A stretch of 64,000 nucleotides of DNA, taken from assembly GCA_964016885.1 (NCBI GenBank), contig OZ024740.1:314402001-314466000 (forward strand), written 5' to 3'. The DNA comes from Eledone cirrhosa. Its lineage: Eukaryota. The translations under genes and the position numbers were made by a program. Position 1 is the stretch's first letter; the number at the start of each line of letters is the position of its first letter. Under the pieces are notes generated by a model that saw nothing but the letters and a program-made list of their open reading frames with translations, was not told where the DNA came from and did not search any database. This document shows, in pieces, positions 40,008-54,580 of this stretch.

Positions 40008-40633
40008 GTAATAATGGTTTCTGATTTAGGCACAAGGCCAGCAATTTTAGGGGAGGGGAAAGTCGATTAAATCAACCCCAGTGCGTAACTGGTACTTTAT
40101 TTTATCGACACCGTAAGGATGAAAGGCAAAGCTAACATCGGCAGGATTTGAACTCAGAACCTAAAGGGCCGTAACTCTATGCTGCAAAGCAGGGTGTCCG
40201 ACCTTCTTCCGATACTGCCAATTACCGTAATAATTGTTTCTACTTTTGGCACAAGGCCAGCAGTTATCTCAGTGTATTACTGGTACTTTATTTTATCGAC
40301 CCCGTAAGGGTGAAAGGCAAAGTTAACCTCGGCGGGATTTGAACTCAGAATGGCAAGGGCCGTAACTCTATGCGTCAAAGAATGGCGTCCGACCCTCTAC
40401 CGATACTGCCAAGTGTAATATATATGTATATATATATAATAATAATTGTTTCTACTTTAGGCACAAGGCCAGCAATTATCCCAGTGTATTACTGGTACTT
40501 TATTTTATCGACCCCATAAGGATGAAAGGCAAAGTTAACTCGGTGGGATTTGAATTCAGACCATAAAGGGCCATAACTCTTTGCTGCAAAGCATGGTGTC
40601 CGACCCTCTACTGATACTGTCAATCCACCGCCC
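40008..40633 (-). mobile_element. Three tandem SINE family A copies
   Basis: Reverse-complement copies at ~40008-40222, ~40228-40412 and ~40438-40633. Confidence 0.9.
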
Positions 40634-41304
40634 TTATATATATATAATAATAATAATACTACAAGGACGAATGGTTACTTCTTCATTACGTTTATTGGCT
40701 GGTGACACGCGTTTCGCTACTGATCAGCTCAAGGTTCGATCTGAATCGATCTAGCTCGACTCTGGAATCAAAAGCTCGTCGGACTCCCACCCCTCTGACC
40801 CCTCTCCATCCACACGCACGCACACACCGACTTACACCCCACCGCACGCGCACACCTTTTCCTGAACATGGAACCTCGTTCTTCCCCCAACTCTCACATT
40901 CACATACACACGCGCACACACACACGTACACCTACACACATACACAAACATCACCTTCAGCCCTCCCCGCTCGGACCCCCGGCCTCCCTCTCCCAACCCC
41001 ACCCGCCACCACCCCTACACGCATCACACCCTTCCATCACTTGTTTATTTTAATGTTTATTTTCATTTTTATTTGTACTCCTTCCATCGTTTTTCCTCCC
41101 TTTTCTCCCCCCCCTTTTCTAAATGTCTTTCCACTACTCCCCCACACACCCTCGGAACTCTCTTCCAACCCACTTTTCTCCCGATGAAGGGCTTATGCCC
41201 GAAACGTCCCCCCCCCCCCACACACACACACTCTCAAAAGCGTGAACCTAATAAACTTTTATTTGTACTGCCTCTCTGTTTTTGTTCCCATTCCAAGTTT
41301 TTAA

Positions 41305-42069
41305 CTATTTTCCCAACCTTCGGTTTGCTTTTCCTTCTGTTGTTTACTTGTCTCACTCGCTTTACGCGTCTCACTTGTCCCAATAGCTTATTTTAGTTAT
41401 TGCTCGGACCAACCTGAGGTATCTGATTTTTAATGCGATGAAATACCAATGATGGTTGGAAAATCACTGATGAGGGACTAATTTTATAATATGTAATCCA
41501 TGTGCAACCACGCAGTATTCTTCTCCCCATGTTTTTCATATATATTTACCTAAACTGCAATTATCTGTTTCTCTCTTTCTCTCTTACTGCTCCCCCGTTC
41601 TCTCTGTTTCTCTTACCTTCTTTCGTCCCCTCTGTCAGTTAACACTTTCTCTCGACTGACCTCTTCCTCGCACTTCCACTCACTCACTCTCTGTTTCTCC
41701 CCTTCTCACTTCCTCCCGTTCGCTAGTAGTGGGGTTCCTTCTTTCTCACACCGCATTCACGGCGTACGGTCTGCTTCTCTGACCGCTCATTAAATTCACC
41801 CAGCTTATGCTGATCGAAAAACTATCATGTTGCTTGCTGTTTTCCCAACCTTCGGTTTGCTTTTCCTTCTGTTGTTTACTTGTCTCACTCGCTTTACGCG
41901 TTTCATTTGTCCCAATAGCTTATTTTAGTTATTGCTCGCACCAACTTGAGGTATCTGATTTTTAATGCGATGAAATACCAATGATGGTTGGCAAATCACT
42001 GATGAGGGACTAATTTTATAATATGTAATCCATGTGCAACCATGCAGTATTCTTCTCCCCATGTTTTTC

Positions 42070-42078
<9 letters not shown>
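41305..42078. repeat. ~240-bp direct repeat pair
   Basis: ~41305-41546 and ~41837-42078 are near-identical (TTTTCCCAACCTTCGG...CCCCATGTTTTTCATATATAT). Confidence 0.9.
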
Positions 42079-42148
<70 letters not shown>

Positions 42149-42153
42149 CGTGC

Positions 42154-42246
<93 letters not shown>

Positions 42247-42247
42247 C

Positions 42248-42355
42248 ACAGTGTGTCCCTGAAAAAGGTATGCATACTTCAACACCTTTTTAATAAATAT
42301 TGTCTGTACAGGTAATCAAAGTGTCAGTGTGTATACATTTTTGGGACACCCTGTA
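42248..42355. mobile_element. Tc1/mariner-type mini-MITE
   Basis: CAGTGTGTCCCTGAAAA ... TTTTTGGGACACCCTG|TA imperfect TIRs. Confidence 0.55.
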
Positions 42356-43363
42356 TATGTATGTATGTATGTGTGTATATATATATATGTGTGTGTGTGT
42401 GTGAATACACTACACCACAAATATATTTTTACATGTAATGTGTTTTTACGTTTGTGCATGTATGGATGTATACATACATACATATATACATACATATATA
42501 CATACATATATACATACACATACTTATATGCATACATACATACATACATACATACATACATACATACATACACACACATACATACATGCATACATACATA
42601 CATACATACATACATACATACATACATACATACATACATACATACACACACATACATACATGCATACATACATACATGCATACATACATACATACATACA
42701 TACATACATACATACATACATACATACATACATACATACATACATACATACATACATACATAATATCATTAGAATAGCGACTGATCTGGAGGAGAGATAT
42801 GGAATAAAGCCTGATATAAATCTCTCACCCAGAGAAATCGGAAGATCCTATTCAATGTTCAAACAAGATAATAAAATTGACCAATTTACAGAAAAAGTTG
42901 TGCATGGATACTTGAGGCGTAAAACACAGACCATAGAGGGGATAAACCACTCAAAAAGCCTGGCATGGAGTTCCGACAAGTTTATGACATCACACCTTGA
43001 GGGATATCTCTATGCATACATATATACAGACACACATACATTCGTCCGTACGTACGTGCATACATACATATATGCATACATTCATACATACATACATACA
43101 AACATACATACATACATACATACATACGCCCGTACGTACATGCATACATACACACATACATACATACACACGTACATATATACATACATACATGCATACA
43201 TACATACACACACACATACATACATATTGGCAAAAATTTGTGAAATTATAAAACCAGAAGAACATACATACATACATACATACATGCATGCATGCATACA
43301 TACATACATACATACATACATACATACATACATACATACATACATACATACATACATACATAC

Positions 43364-43415
<52 letters not shown>

Positions 43416-43929
43416 AATAAAGAAAGAAAGAAAGGAAGAAAGAAAGAAATAAAGAGTGAACACGACTAGTTAAGAAATTACAAGTACAATCCATTAATGG
43501 AACAGTAAAATATGTAAAACTTTCCAAAAATTCTGCGTGTAATAACTGCATATACACTTGTACAGATACAAAGCATATACACATGCACATATACAACTCA
43601 AAACATCCACATCCACGCATACAATAACATCCATATCTACAGATGCATGATTGCATACAGACATGCATACATATCTACCTAGTTGCTGTTGTGTAAATTC
43701 CAATGAGAAAGTCTTGTATCTATGTTAGAAACCGGCTCTCTCTCTATTGACAAAATATTGTGAAATTATAAAACCAGAAGAACATACATACACACATATA
43801 CATACATACATACATACATACATACATACATACATGCATGCATGCATGCATGCATGCATACATACATACATACATACATACATACATACATACATACATA
43901 CATACATACATACATACATACATACATAC

Positions 43930-44908
43930 ATAATATCATTAGAATAGCGACTGATCTGGAGGAGAGATATGGAATAAAGCCTGATATAAATCTCTCACCC
44001 AGAGAAATCGGAAGATCCTATTCAATGTTCAAACAAGATAATAAAATTGACCAATTTACAGAAAAAGTTGTGCATGGATACTTGAGGCGTAAAACACAGA
44101 CCATAGAGGGGATAAACCACTCAAAAAGCCTGGCATGGAGTTCCGACAAGTTTATGACATCACACCTTGAGGGATATCTCTATGCAATACAGGAACAAGA
44201 ACTCCCTACCAAATATCTGCTGCACAAAAGAGGAGGGCCAGCAGCTGACAATAAATGTAGGCTATGTAAAACAAAGATCGAGGATGTAAGCCACATTGTT
44301 GCCAGCTGCGAAAGAATGTCATCTCGCTACTACCTCCCCATGAGACACGATGGGATAGCTAGAACAAGCTGGAACGCACTTCGGAAAACAAAATTAACAA
44401 CAAACGAGGAAGAATATATTGAGACAGATGGCACTAAGGAATACTGGTGGAACCTGAAAATAAAAACTGCCACAAAATTAAAGCACAACCGGCCTGATAT
44501 TGTAGTTTGGGACCACACATTGAAAACGTGTTCTGTTGTGGAGATCAGCTGCCCACTTGATGTAAACGTTGTCAGAAAAATACAGGAGAAGGAGGACATC
44601 TACGGACCATTGATGAGGAGTTTACAAATCCAGTATCCAAGATACACCTTTAGCTTCATACCCATCATTATTGGTGCTACGGGTTATATACCAACCCGCT
44701 TGGACCAAAGTATGACTGAACTTGGATTTGCGGACAAAAAGCGCAGCTCCCTAATTCATAGTCTGCAAATGGCTGCGATAGCTGGCACCTTCAAAATTTG
44801 CAAAACTTTCTTGCGATTCAAGGGATGACAATTTCTTTTCTTTTACAACCTTGCCACCAGGAAGGTGTCCGGTCAAAAAAATATACTCGAAATTAAGAGA
44901 AAGAGAAA
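43930..44908 (+). mobile_element. 5'-truncated R4/Dong-like LINE with restriction-like endonuclease, inserted in (TACA)n
   Basis: CRLCKTKIEDVSHIVASC (CCHC), RHD and RPDIVVWD..VEISC (PD-D/E). Stop at 44828, short 3' UTR, (TACA)n on both sides. The first ~255 bp are duplicated at 42760-43016. Confidence 0.85.
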
Positions 44909-45745
44909 ACATACATACATACATACATACATACATACATACATACATACATACAACGGGTAGAACTTAAAATACAAACTTCCATTTAAATAATCAGTTT
45001 AACTACTTACCTTCGCTGTTTCTCTCTCTTTCTATCTCTCTTTGTTATTTTTTTCTTTCTCCTACAAGCAGACGATAATTATTGTTTCTTCTCACACGCG
45101 AACTAAACCTTGCTCTATCTTCATCAAGGTTAAATTTATATGAATGCGCGTGTGGGTGAGAGTGTTTGTATAAGTATGTTTGTGTGTGTGCATGTATGTG
45201 TATGTGTGAGTGTGTATATATTTTGTGTGTGAGTGTGTATGTGTCTGTGTATGTGTGCTTATGTATGTATGTGTATGTGTGTGTATATATATATGTTTGT
45301 ATATGTGTGTGTGTGTGTGTGAGTATGTGTATTTATATATATTTGTGTATGTGTGTGTGTGTGTATGTGTATGTATATATATATATATGTGTGTGTGTGT
45401 ATGTGTGTGTGCGCTTGTGTATTTTTAACGTCCTGGTCGTTGCTGATTTAAGTTCCTACTGTCGGTGGTTAATAGGTTTATGTAATAAAAAAACGTGTGA
45501 AATGGCAGTGAGAATTTACAAGAATTCTTCCATCACACGTGCCAATGTTTGGAGACTGACTGCCATGCGTAAGGTTCTTAAACAAATGGTCTTATTGTTT
45601 CACTGATAACTGTTATGAATGGTCCAACCACTTGAGAAGAGAAAGAATCAATTGAAAAGCAGACGATCTCATCGAAATATTTCGAATTGGATTAAAATAT
45701 TACCCATCCTTCAACTTGATAGATTACCACAAGGTGTGACTATCT

Positions 45746-45799
<54 letters not shown>

Positions 45800-45852
45800 T
45801 ATCTTCTCTCCACTCTCTCTCTCTCTCTCTCTCTCTCTACTCTCTCTCCACA

Positions 45853-45911
<59 letters not shown>

Positions 45912-45979
45912 CTCCCTGTATCTCTCTCTCTCTACATATATAAATATATCTTCTCTCTACCGTCTCTCTCTCTCCACTC

Positions 45980-46043
<64 letters not shown>

Positions 46044-46894
46044 ACTTTCAATTCTCTCTCTCTCTTCCTTCCTCCGTTTTGTCAACGTATGCGTTTGTGT
46101 TTATATGTATGTATGTGTAAGTGTATATGTGTATATGTGTTCGTGTGTATGTAAGTGTATGTATGTAAGTGTGTATATGTGTGTGTATGTGTGTATGTGT
46201 CTGTATGTATGTGTCTGTGTGTGTTCCTCTAACTCTACTTCACTTCCCTCTCTTTATAGTTTGGTTCCTTTTACCACCAATCCTTTCTCTTTATCAATAT
46301 GCATGTGTTTGTTGTTGTTATAGATGTTGCTGTTGTTGTTGTTGTGGTGGTGGTAGAAGTGATGGTGGTGGTGGATTTTGTTGTTATTGTTGTGGGGTTG
46401 TGGTGATGGTGGAGGTGGTGGTGGTTGTTGGTGTTGTTTTTGTTGTTGCTGCTATTGTTGTTGTGGTGGTGGTTGTGTTGTTGTTGTTTTTGTTGTTTTG
46501 TTGTTGTTGCTGTTGTTGTTATTGTTATCGTTATTGTTGATGTTGTTGTTGTTGTTGTGGTGGTGGTGGTGGTTGTTGTTGTTATGTTTGTTGTTGTTGT
46601 GGTGGTGGTGGTGGTTGTTGTTGTTATGTTTGTTGTTGTTGCTGCTGTTGCTGTTGTTGTTGTTATTGTTATTGTTGCTGCTGTTGTTGCTGTTGTTGAT
46701 GTTGCTGCTACTGTTGCTGTTGCTGTTGTTTTTGTTGTTGTTCAGTATCAACTAGCCCAGATCAGCCGACCTATATTAAAAGACATTCCCATAGTGTCAA
46801 TCCTGTTTTTGTTTTTTGTATGTTTTTATGTCGGTAACCTAGGACAAATGTTTTCGACCATATCTTGTTTTTTTTTTAAGACAGCGAATGTGAT

Positions 46895-47201
46895 TTGTAG
46901 AAGATTTGGCTGCTATTTGTAGAAGATTTGGCTGCTATTTATAGAAGATTTGGCTGCTATTTGTAGAAGATTTGGCTGCATTTGTAGAAGATTTGGCTGC
47001 TATTTGTAGAAGATTTGGCTGCTATTTGTAGAAGATTTGGCTGCTATTTGTAGAAGATTTGGCTGCATTTGTAGAAGATTTGGCTGCTATTTGTAGAAGA
47101 TTTGGCTGCATTTGTAGAAGATTTGGCTGCTATTTGTAGAAGATTTGGCTGCTATTTGTAGAAGATTTGGCTGCTATTTGTAGAAGATTTGGCTGCATTT
47201 G
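46895..47201 (+). repeat. Minisatellite of 21-22-bp unit GTAGAAGATTTGGCTGC(T)ATTT, about 14 copies
   Basis: Direct reading. Confidence 0.95.
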
Positions 47202-47204
47202 ATA

Positions 47205-47853
47205 AGTTTGCAGCCGAATGTTGCACAGCAGGAAAGAAAATCAGTGTTACGAAGACTGAGACACTCGTCCTCTCGAAGAAGCCTGTGCAGTGCACTTTAC
47301 ACGTGATTGGTGTTCCACTGAAACAGTTGGGCCGTGTTCACGAGTGATGGAAAGCAGGAGGCTGAATTATGTGCAAGAATTGCAGGAGCTGGTGCAGTAA
47401 TGCTCCAGCTTCAGCATTCAGTAATCAGAAGAAGGGAGGTAGGCGTAAAAGCCAAACTCGCTATCTTCAATTTAGTATTCATGGCAACCCTTACCTATGG
47501 TCATGAATCTTGGGTAATGACCAGAAGAATACGATCACGAATAAAAGCGTTCGATATAGGGTTCCTCCGAAGGATCTTTGAAATTACGTTACTCGATAGA
47601 TTTGTTCCGAAAGGAGAGATCACAGCTCGGATATTATGGGCATATAGTTTGAATGTCTTAGGAAAGAATGGCTGGACAGACTTTACAGGCAAAACAAACC
47701 GACAGGAAACCCAAGGGCAGAACCCCGAGCAAGGTCTCGCTTGGGGATACAGCTGGATCAACTGGAGACGGATGCTTCTGACAGGGCCTGCTGGTAAGAG
47801 TGTTTCAGGACACTGTCCCTATGACCCTAACAGGAACAAGTGGGAGAAGAAGA

Positions 47854-47915
<62 letters not shown>
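47205..47915 (+). mobile_element. RTE-clade LINE 3' fragment with (GAA)/(GTA)n tail
   Basis: KISVTKTE, then KAKLAIFN...LTYGHESW...FLRRI, typical of the RTE post-RT region. Confidence 0.8.
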
Positions 47916-47916
<1 letters not shown>

Positions 47917-48015
47917 TATATTTTTATATTTTGTGTTGTTCACTTTCTAATTAAGTAGCTCTGTTCTGTACATAGAGCACTCTTTTTTCATTTGCTTTTC
48001 CTTCGAAATTACCTA

Positions 48016-48217
<202 letters not shown>

Positions 48218-48229
48218 TATATTATATTA

Positions 48230-48412
48230 TTGGCAGTATCGGTAGAGAGTCGGACACCATGCTTTGAAGCATAGAGTTACGTAGTTGCGGTCTGAGTTCA
48301 AATCCCGCCGAGGTTATCTTTGCCTTTCATCCTTACGGGGTCGATAAAATAAAGTACCAGTAATACACTGGGTAATTGCTGGCCTTGTGCCAAAAGTAGA
48401 AACAATTATATT
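48230..48412 (+). mobile_element. SINE family A copy abutting the truncated Gypsy 3' end
   Basis: Family A consensus. Confidence 0.85.
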
Positions 48413-48414
48413 AT

Positions 48415-51400
48415 ATTGGGAGGCCAAAGAAACAGGTGTGTGTGCAAAAGAGAAAGACGGAGGTGTATGTGGCTCAGATGTGATAGCGTCTGTGTCCAAA
48501 TGTGCTCGTTTGAGTCTATCAATAGAAACCGTCTCTCTGGAACCCTGAATGTCTACAGTGAAATGTTTCTCGGAACGAGCTAATACACGGTAGGGTCCAG
48601 AGTACGGTTGTGTGAGAGGTGGTCTCACAGCATCGTTTCTTACGAATACATGGGTCCACGAGGCAATATCCCTCGGGACTGCAGATTTTACAGTTTGCTT
48701 CCTCGTATCCATCGGCGGCAGATCCTGAAAATAAGAACGCAGACGGGATACGTAGGAAAGCGGATCTTGTGCAGCAAGATCGACAGGGGCAAGCCCAGGT
48801 AACGCTAGAGGAGCACCATATAATAATTCGACCGGGGAGAACCCAAGGTCCTCCTTTATTGTTGACCGAATCCCCAACAACACAATAGGGAGGTACTCGC
48901 TCCAACGCGTAGAGTCAGGAGAAGTCCGTAGAGAGGCTTTTAGTTGTCGGTGAAAACGCTCCACCATTCCATTAGATGCAGGATGATATGCAGTCGTTCG
49001 GATGCGTTTAGCGCCGATGATTTTCGTTAATTCATGAAAGAGATTCGATTCTAACTGCCTTCCACAGTCCGTGGTAATCGTGGTTGGCACTCCAAAGCGG
49101 GCAATCCATCCTAATACTAGGGCACGCGCTGTCGTTTCAGCACTGATGTCTTTCAAAGGGGTGGCTTCAGACCATCGCGAAAAACGGTCAATAACAGTCA
49201 ATAGATAAGTATGACCACCACTGACTGGTCAAGGTCCCACGACGTCCACATGAATGTGCCGGAAACGGGCGTCCGGTGTACTGAAAGTACCGAGCGGAGC
49301 CTTAACGTGTTTATGGATTTTCGATTTCTGGCAAGCGATGCAGGAACGGCACCAAGCAGTAATATCGCGCCTCATATTTGGCCAGAAGAATCTAGCCGTT
49401 ATGAGTTTTACTGTGGCAGAAGATCCTGGATATAAAATGCCGTGTAAAACAAGAAACACAGTTAGACGATGGCTCAACGGAAGAAAAGGGCGTGGTGCAT
49501 CCATAGAGACGTCGCAGAGGATCCGTCCGTCTTCAGTCGATAATGGTAGGTATTTCATCCTGCAATTCACAAATTCGGACAATGTAACATCCAACGATTC
49601 GAGGGTAGGCTGATCGGCTGCCAAGCGATTCAAATCTATGTCATCGGACGACGAGATCGAAGCAATCGGCAAACGAGACAGGGCGTCGGCCGCTGTATTC
49701 ATAGGACCCGGAATATGTTGAATATCATTAGTAAATTGAGAGATGAGGTCGAGATGTCTAGTTTCTCTGGGCGAGTATTTGTCGGCCTTTGCTTGCAAGG
49801 CGAATGTCAACGGCTTGTGGTCCGTGTAGATGGTGGACGTTCTTCCTTCAAGCATGTGCGAAAAATGCTTCACCGATAAGTATATAGCTAACAACTCCCG
49901 TCCAAAGGTGCTGTAGCGGGTTTCGGCAGGTTTCAGCTTCCAGGAGAAAAATTCCAACGGTTGCTGTTGATCATTCCTACTTTATTGCAAAACTGCGCCA
50001 ACGGCAGTATCCGACGCATCAACACAAAGCGAAAGCTTAGCATTGGACACTGGGTGAGCCAGCAAAGATGCATTGGCTAGAGCAATTTTCGCATTCTCAA
50101 AATCCTGGAGCTGAGTTTCATTCAAAGAAATGTCTTTATTTTTCTTTCGGCAATTTTTCAAAATTTCCGTCAAAGAGAAAAGTAGCTTAGCACAATTAGG
50201 CACAAACCGCCTATAAAAATTAATCAGCCCCTAGAATTGGCGCAACTTACGGAGTGAGGTTGGTGGAGGCAAATCCTCTATAGCTTTACCTCTCTCAGGA
50301 ATAGGTCGAATACCGTCAGCGTCAATGACGTGACCCAAAAAATTCAGAGATTCGGAACCAAAAACACATTTTGATGGATTAATCCGGACATTGTAATCCT
50401 TCAAACGACAAAATAGAAGGTCCAGATGGCGCAAATGTTCCTCTGGAGAAGAGCTCGCAACAAGAAGGTCATCAATGTAGGTGTATACAAAGTCGAGGCC
50501 GCGAGTGACCTCATCCATAAATCGCTGGAAGGTGCTAGCAGCATTCCTTAACCCGAAAGGTATGGTGAGAAATTCAAAAGATCCAAATGGCGTAGTTATA
50601 GCCGTTTTCGGGATGTCGTCTCTGTTGACAGGAATCTGGTTGTAGGCTCGTATCAAATCGAGCTTCGAAAAAATGTTACAACCTTGCAACGAGGATGCAA
50701 AATCCTGCAGATGAGGGATAGGATACCGATCCGGTACGGTCATCGAGTTCAATCGTCTATAATCCCCTGTGGGTCTCCAATCGCCAGAAGATTTTGGCAC
50801 CATATGTAATGGAGATTCCCACGGGCTCGTGGAAGGACGAATAATTCCGAGCTGTAGCATATGATCGAACTCGGACCGTGCTGCTTTCAGTTTGTCCGCT
50901 GGCAATCGACGGGGACGCGAAAAAACCGGAGAACCAGTTGTAGTAATAAAATGCTCCGTGGCGTGGTTCGGATCAGTGACTCTAAAATTTCCATGAGTCA
51001 GTTGCGGGAACGATTTCAACAATCCATGATATGGGTTTCCGGGGTTAGCGATGAAGAATGTCGGGCTAACTGTAGAAACTTCTTCTGTCCTGCCACAAAG
51101 AGAAAAACCAGTAATATCGTCGACTAGGCGTTGGTGACGGACGTCCACCGTCAAAGAAAAATGGTGCAGGAAGTCCGCGCCCAAAATCGGGTATGGCAGG
51201 TCGGCAACAGTGAAAACCCATTTGAAATCCCGACGAAGATTTCGAAACTGAAGAGGAAGCGATATCTGTCCAAAAGTTCGGATTTGTGATTGGTTGACAG
51301 CTTGCAATTCAATCGACGACTCGGGAGGAGTTACTGCCATACAATTAACAAGCCAAATACTGCACGAAGCTCCTGTGTCTACGAGGAAGGCTCTTCTAGA

Positions 51401-52665
51401 CAGGAGGTCCTCTATGAAGAAATGGCGGTTCTGTTGTGTCTCGCAGAGTTCACTTGCCGCCCTTAGTGACTCTGATCTACATTTCCCGAAGCTGAATATT
51501 TACATGAAGGCCGGCAATGTTTTGCCTTATCGTGAAGGTGGCATGATACCAGCAAAATAATGGATTGCTGGCGGGCGAAGTAGTATGCTGACGTGGAGTC
51601 GCGAAAGAACGCGATCGACTCCTAGGCCGCCGGGAATACGGCCTATTCTCCCCTGAATAACCGAGCGACTTGCTGCGTCAAAGCGTCAATAGCTTTTAAC
51701 ATGGCATCCTCGCGTGTCAAGACGGGTTGGTTCGAATGTGAAGAAGAAGCAGATAAATTAGGACCATTCATTGTCAATCTATATCAACTTGGACGTATAA
51801 AAGTAAGTGATATTCACGTAAAAAGAATGCAGAAATTCCTTTAGATGTTCAGAACAACGGGAAAACTACACAAATTTCCCTCAACATCCATGAAGAAAGA
51901 AGAAATGCAAAATCCGGAATTGACAAGTCACAATAATTCAAGGCAGAAAAATTAAATGTTTTTTTTTTTTTTTAATTGGAGAAGGGGATGGCATCACATG
52001 ATGCGTCTCAGCCAATCAGATGGCTGCATTTCAGAGAAGACAATTGGCGGGAAAATTGGCGGACCAGTCAGCCATTGTGAATTTTTTTTTTTTGTGTGTG
52101 TCTGTGTTAAACGAACAATTTTCAATTTCGTTATTTTCGCATAGAAATAAAATATTAGTTTCGTCAATTTTTTTTTTATGTTTCTCTAGAAGTTTTTAGA
52201 AGGCTGTGTAATGCATAATCGGGGTCAACCACTTTAGGAGAGATGGTCACCATTTTAGAAGGCTGCGTTGTTTTATAATTTAGAGAGGAGTTCGTTTCCC
52301 TAGCTTGGCTGCTAGACATCTCTTCTATTTGTTGTTAGGTGTAGGTAAACCAATTAAGCAAAAAGAACATACCTCGAGATTATATGTACATGAGCATTTA
52401 TCAGAACAATAAACAAAACAGGGTATCATATCAGTTGCCCCTTGATTGGTAATTCGTAATTATCATTTTGTGGCGGTGTTCAATTATCCCGTGACCGCAT
52501 GGTGTGATATCGCTGTTTCGCCACAGTGGAATGCGTCTGCTCGCATCAACACACCAAGTTGAAAAGCGAGTGTATTCAGCTACTGACGTCAGAACGTGAC
52601 GTCAGAACTAAGGGCAGTTAATCGACTGCCTCCAAAGTCAAAGCTAGGTGGCGTGATCTTCTACA
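48415..52665 (-). mobile_element. Ty3/Gypsy LTR retrotransposon, defective (5' LTR 52233-52665, gag mostly deleted, PR-RT-RH-IN, no 3' LTR)
   Basis: LTR begins TGTAGAAGATC. PBS TGGTTGACCCCG is tRNA-Trp-like. [10 protein letters not shown] at ~51370-51395, RT YIDD, RH DAS/YTDHKPL, IN with HHCC remnant, DDE core and GPY. Confidence 0.93.
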
Positions 52666-52670
52666 ATATT

Positions 52671-52790
52671 ACTAGCAGAGGTACCCGGCGTTGCTCGGGT
52701 ATTAAATAGCAGTCATGTATAGCATCCATGTCAATACTTCAGTGCTGCTTCGAAAACTATACTTGTACAAAATCATCGGCTTTTTCCAAA
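52671..52790 (-). mobile_element. Helitron 3' terminus (duplicated at 54028-54143)
   Basis: A|CTAGCAGAGGTACCCGGCGTTGCTCGGGTA is a reverse-strand hairpin plus CTAG. The two copies share ~115 bp. Confidence 0.7.
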
Positions 52791-53778
52791 AGAGGGTTCC
52801 TCCAGAGGTCCCCTGCTCAACATGTGCCAATTTTGTGTGTTCAAATTCATCTGTAGAACATACGTAGCCCATGTGTCGAGTTTGGTATATTATATTATAT
52901 TATATATTATATCATATATTATATTATATGTATACATACATTATATTATATATATATACATACAGAGAGAGAGGGGGAGAAAGAGAGAGAGAGAGACAGG
53001 GGGGGGGCATAAATGTCAATGTGGTGTTGCACGTCATGTGTCGGGAATATACTTTTGCTGTTGTGGACAAGACTAACGCCGCCATTAGTCCAGCTAGGTA
53101 ACCACTTAAGGTGTAAACTACAGTAGAGCGCATTATTGAATTTTAAAAGATCACAGTTTTATACATATCTGTGTAATTTAAGAAAATACATAATAAGTTC
53201 TTGCTAAACATTTTCTCCTTCATAGCAGTGTTGTGGAAATATCCAAAGCGGTTCAAAGGTTGTATAGTGTTATCACCTGACATGTAGTGGAACACGCAAG
53301 CTTAGTGTTATCAGAGCAAGGAGTGTCTCGTTCTCATTCCGTCTGCTTGCCGAACTATAACTTGGATTATTTTATTTAGAGAAGTGTTGTATAAAAATAG
53401 CTATTAAATTAAATTAAAACACATTCACATCTGAATATTTACCGTAAATATGGTAAATATTTACTTCTACGCCTACAGATTAATAAGATGATCCTGTTTA
53501 GGATGAAAGCAGAAATTGTTTGCTTAAATTATATATATATATGGCAGAAGTCATATTTCGAATTGCTTAACTACAAACTGTCTTACTCAATTAACACTGA
53601 TATTAACTGGTGACGCGGTTATTTAGTGCTGTTAACACGAGAGTTACAAGTCGGCAGAGCCACACATTTCTCCATCTCTCTTAACTTTTTAAAATCATGA
53701 AACTTTTGAAACCAGTAAAGTTATAAATTATTGTAAATAAACCTTCTTAGACTCCAATTGCATTTTCAACTTCTTTTT

Positions 53779-53904
<126 letters not shown>

Positions 53905-54580
53905 AAAATAGGAATAAGAATAAGAAGAAAGCAAGAACGGGGGGGGGGCTTTTCCTCATCAGTTGTCTACTGGGGGTCACGGATATTTCAACGCTTTAAA
54001 GACAATATATCTATATTATATTATATTACTAGCAGAGGTACCCGGCGTTGCTCGGGTATTAAATAGCAGTCATGTATAGCATCCATGTCAGTACTTCAGT
54101 GCTGCTTCGAAAACTATACTTGTACAAAATCATCGGCTTTTTTCGTGGTTTACCATTGGGTAGAATTGGTCATTCTGCAATGTTAATCATGACGTAATAT
54201 TAGAAAAGCACTCGACGTTATGAAACTTATCCATCTTTGGTGGAGCGGGAACGGAGTTAAATATATTATAAAGTAAAATGACAGCAGGCTAAATATGTTG
54301 AATTTCATTAATTATTTATTTCTGCAAACACTATGTACATTTCAGTGGCCAGGTTACGTAAGAACCAGTTGACATCTTCAGGTGTAAGTTACACAATAGA
54401 TGTATACTAACGGAATAAGGGTAAACACATTCCAAGAGGCTTTAATGGAAAAGGCAGCAAAGAAAAAACAGAGAAGAAAAAAGTGTGTTTATGTTTTTGA
54501 CCAAGAGACGATCGAAGCAGCATGTTACGATTACGCCCCGTCGTCTTTACTTTATAATATAAATATATATATATATATTA

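Noticed and set aside
41415-41500. CTGATGA within the 240-bp direct repeat as a hammerhead
   Set aside because: No correctly placed GAAA after a stem II, and the type II permutation does not pair.
46895-47201. CRISPR-like periodicity
   Set aside because: Repeats are contiguous without unique spacers, there are no cas genes, and the context is eukaryotic.
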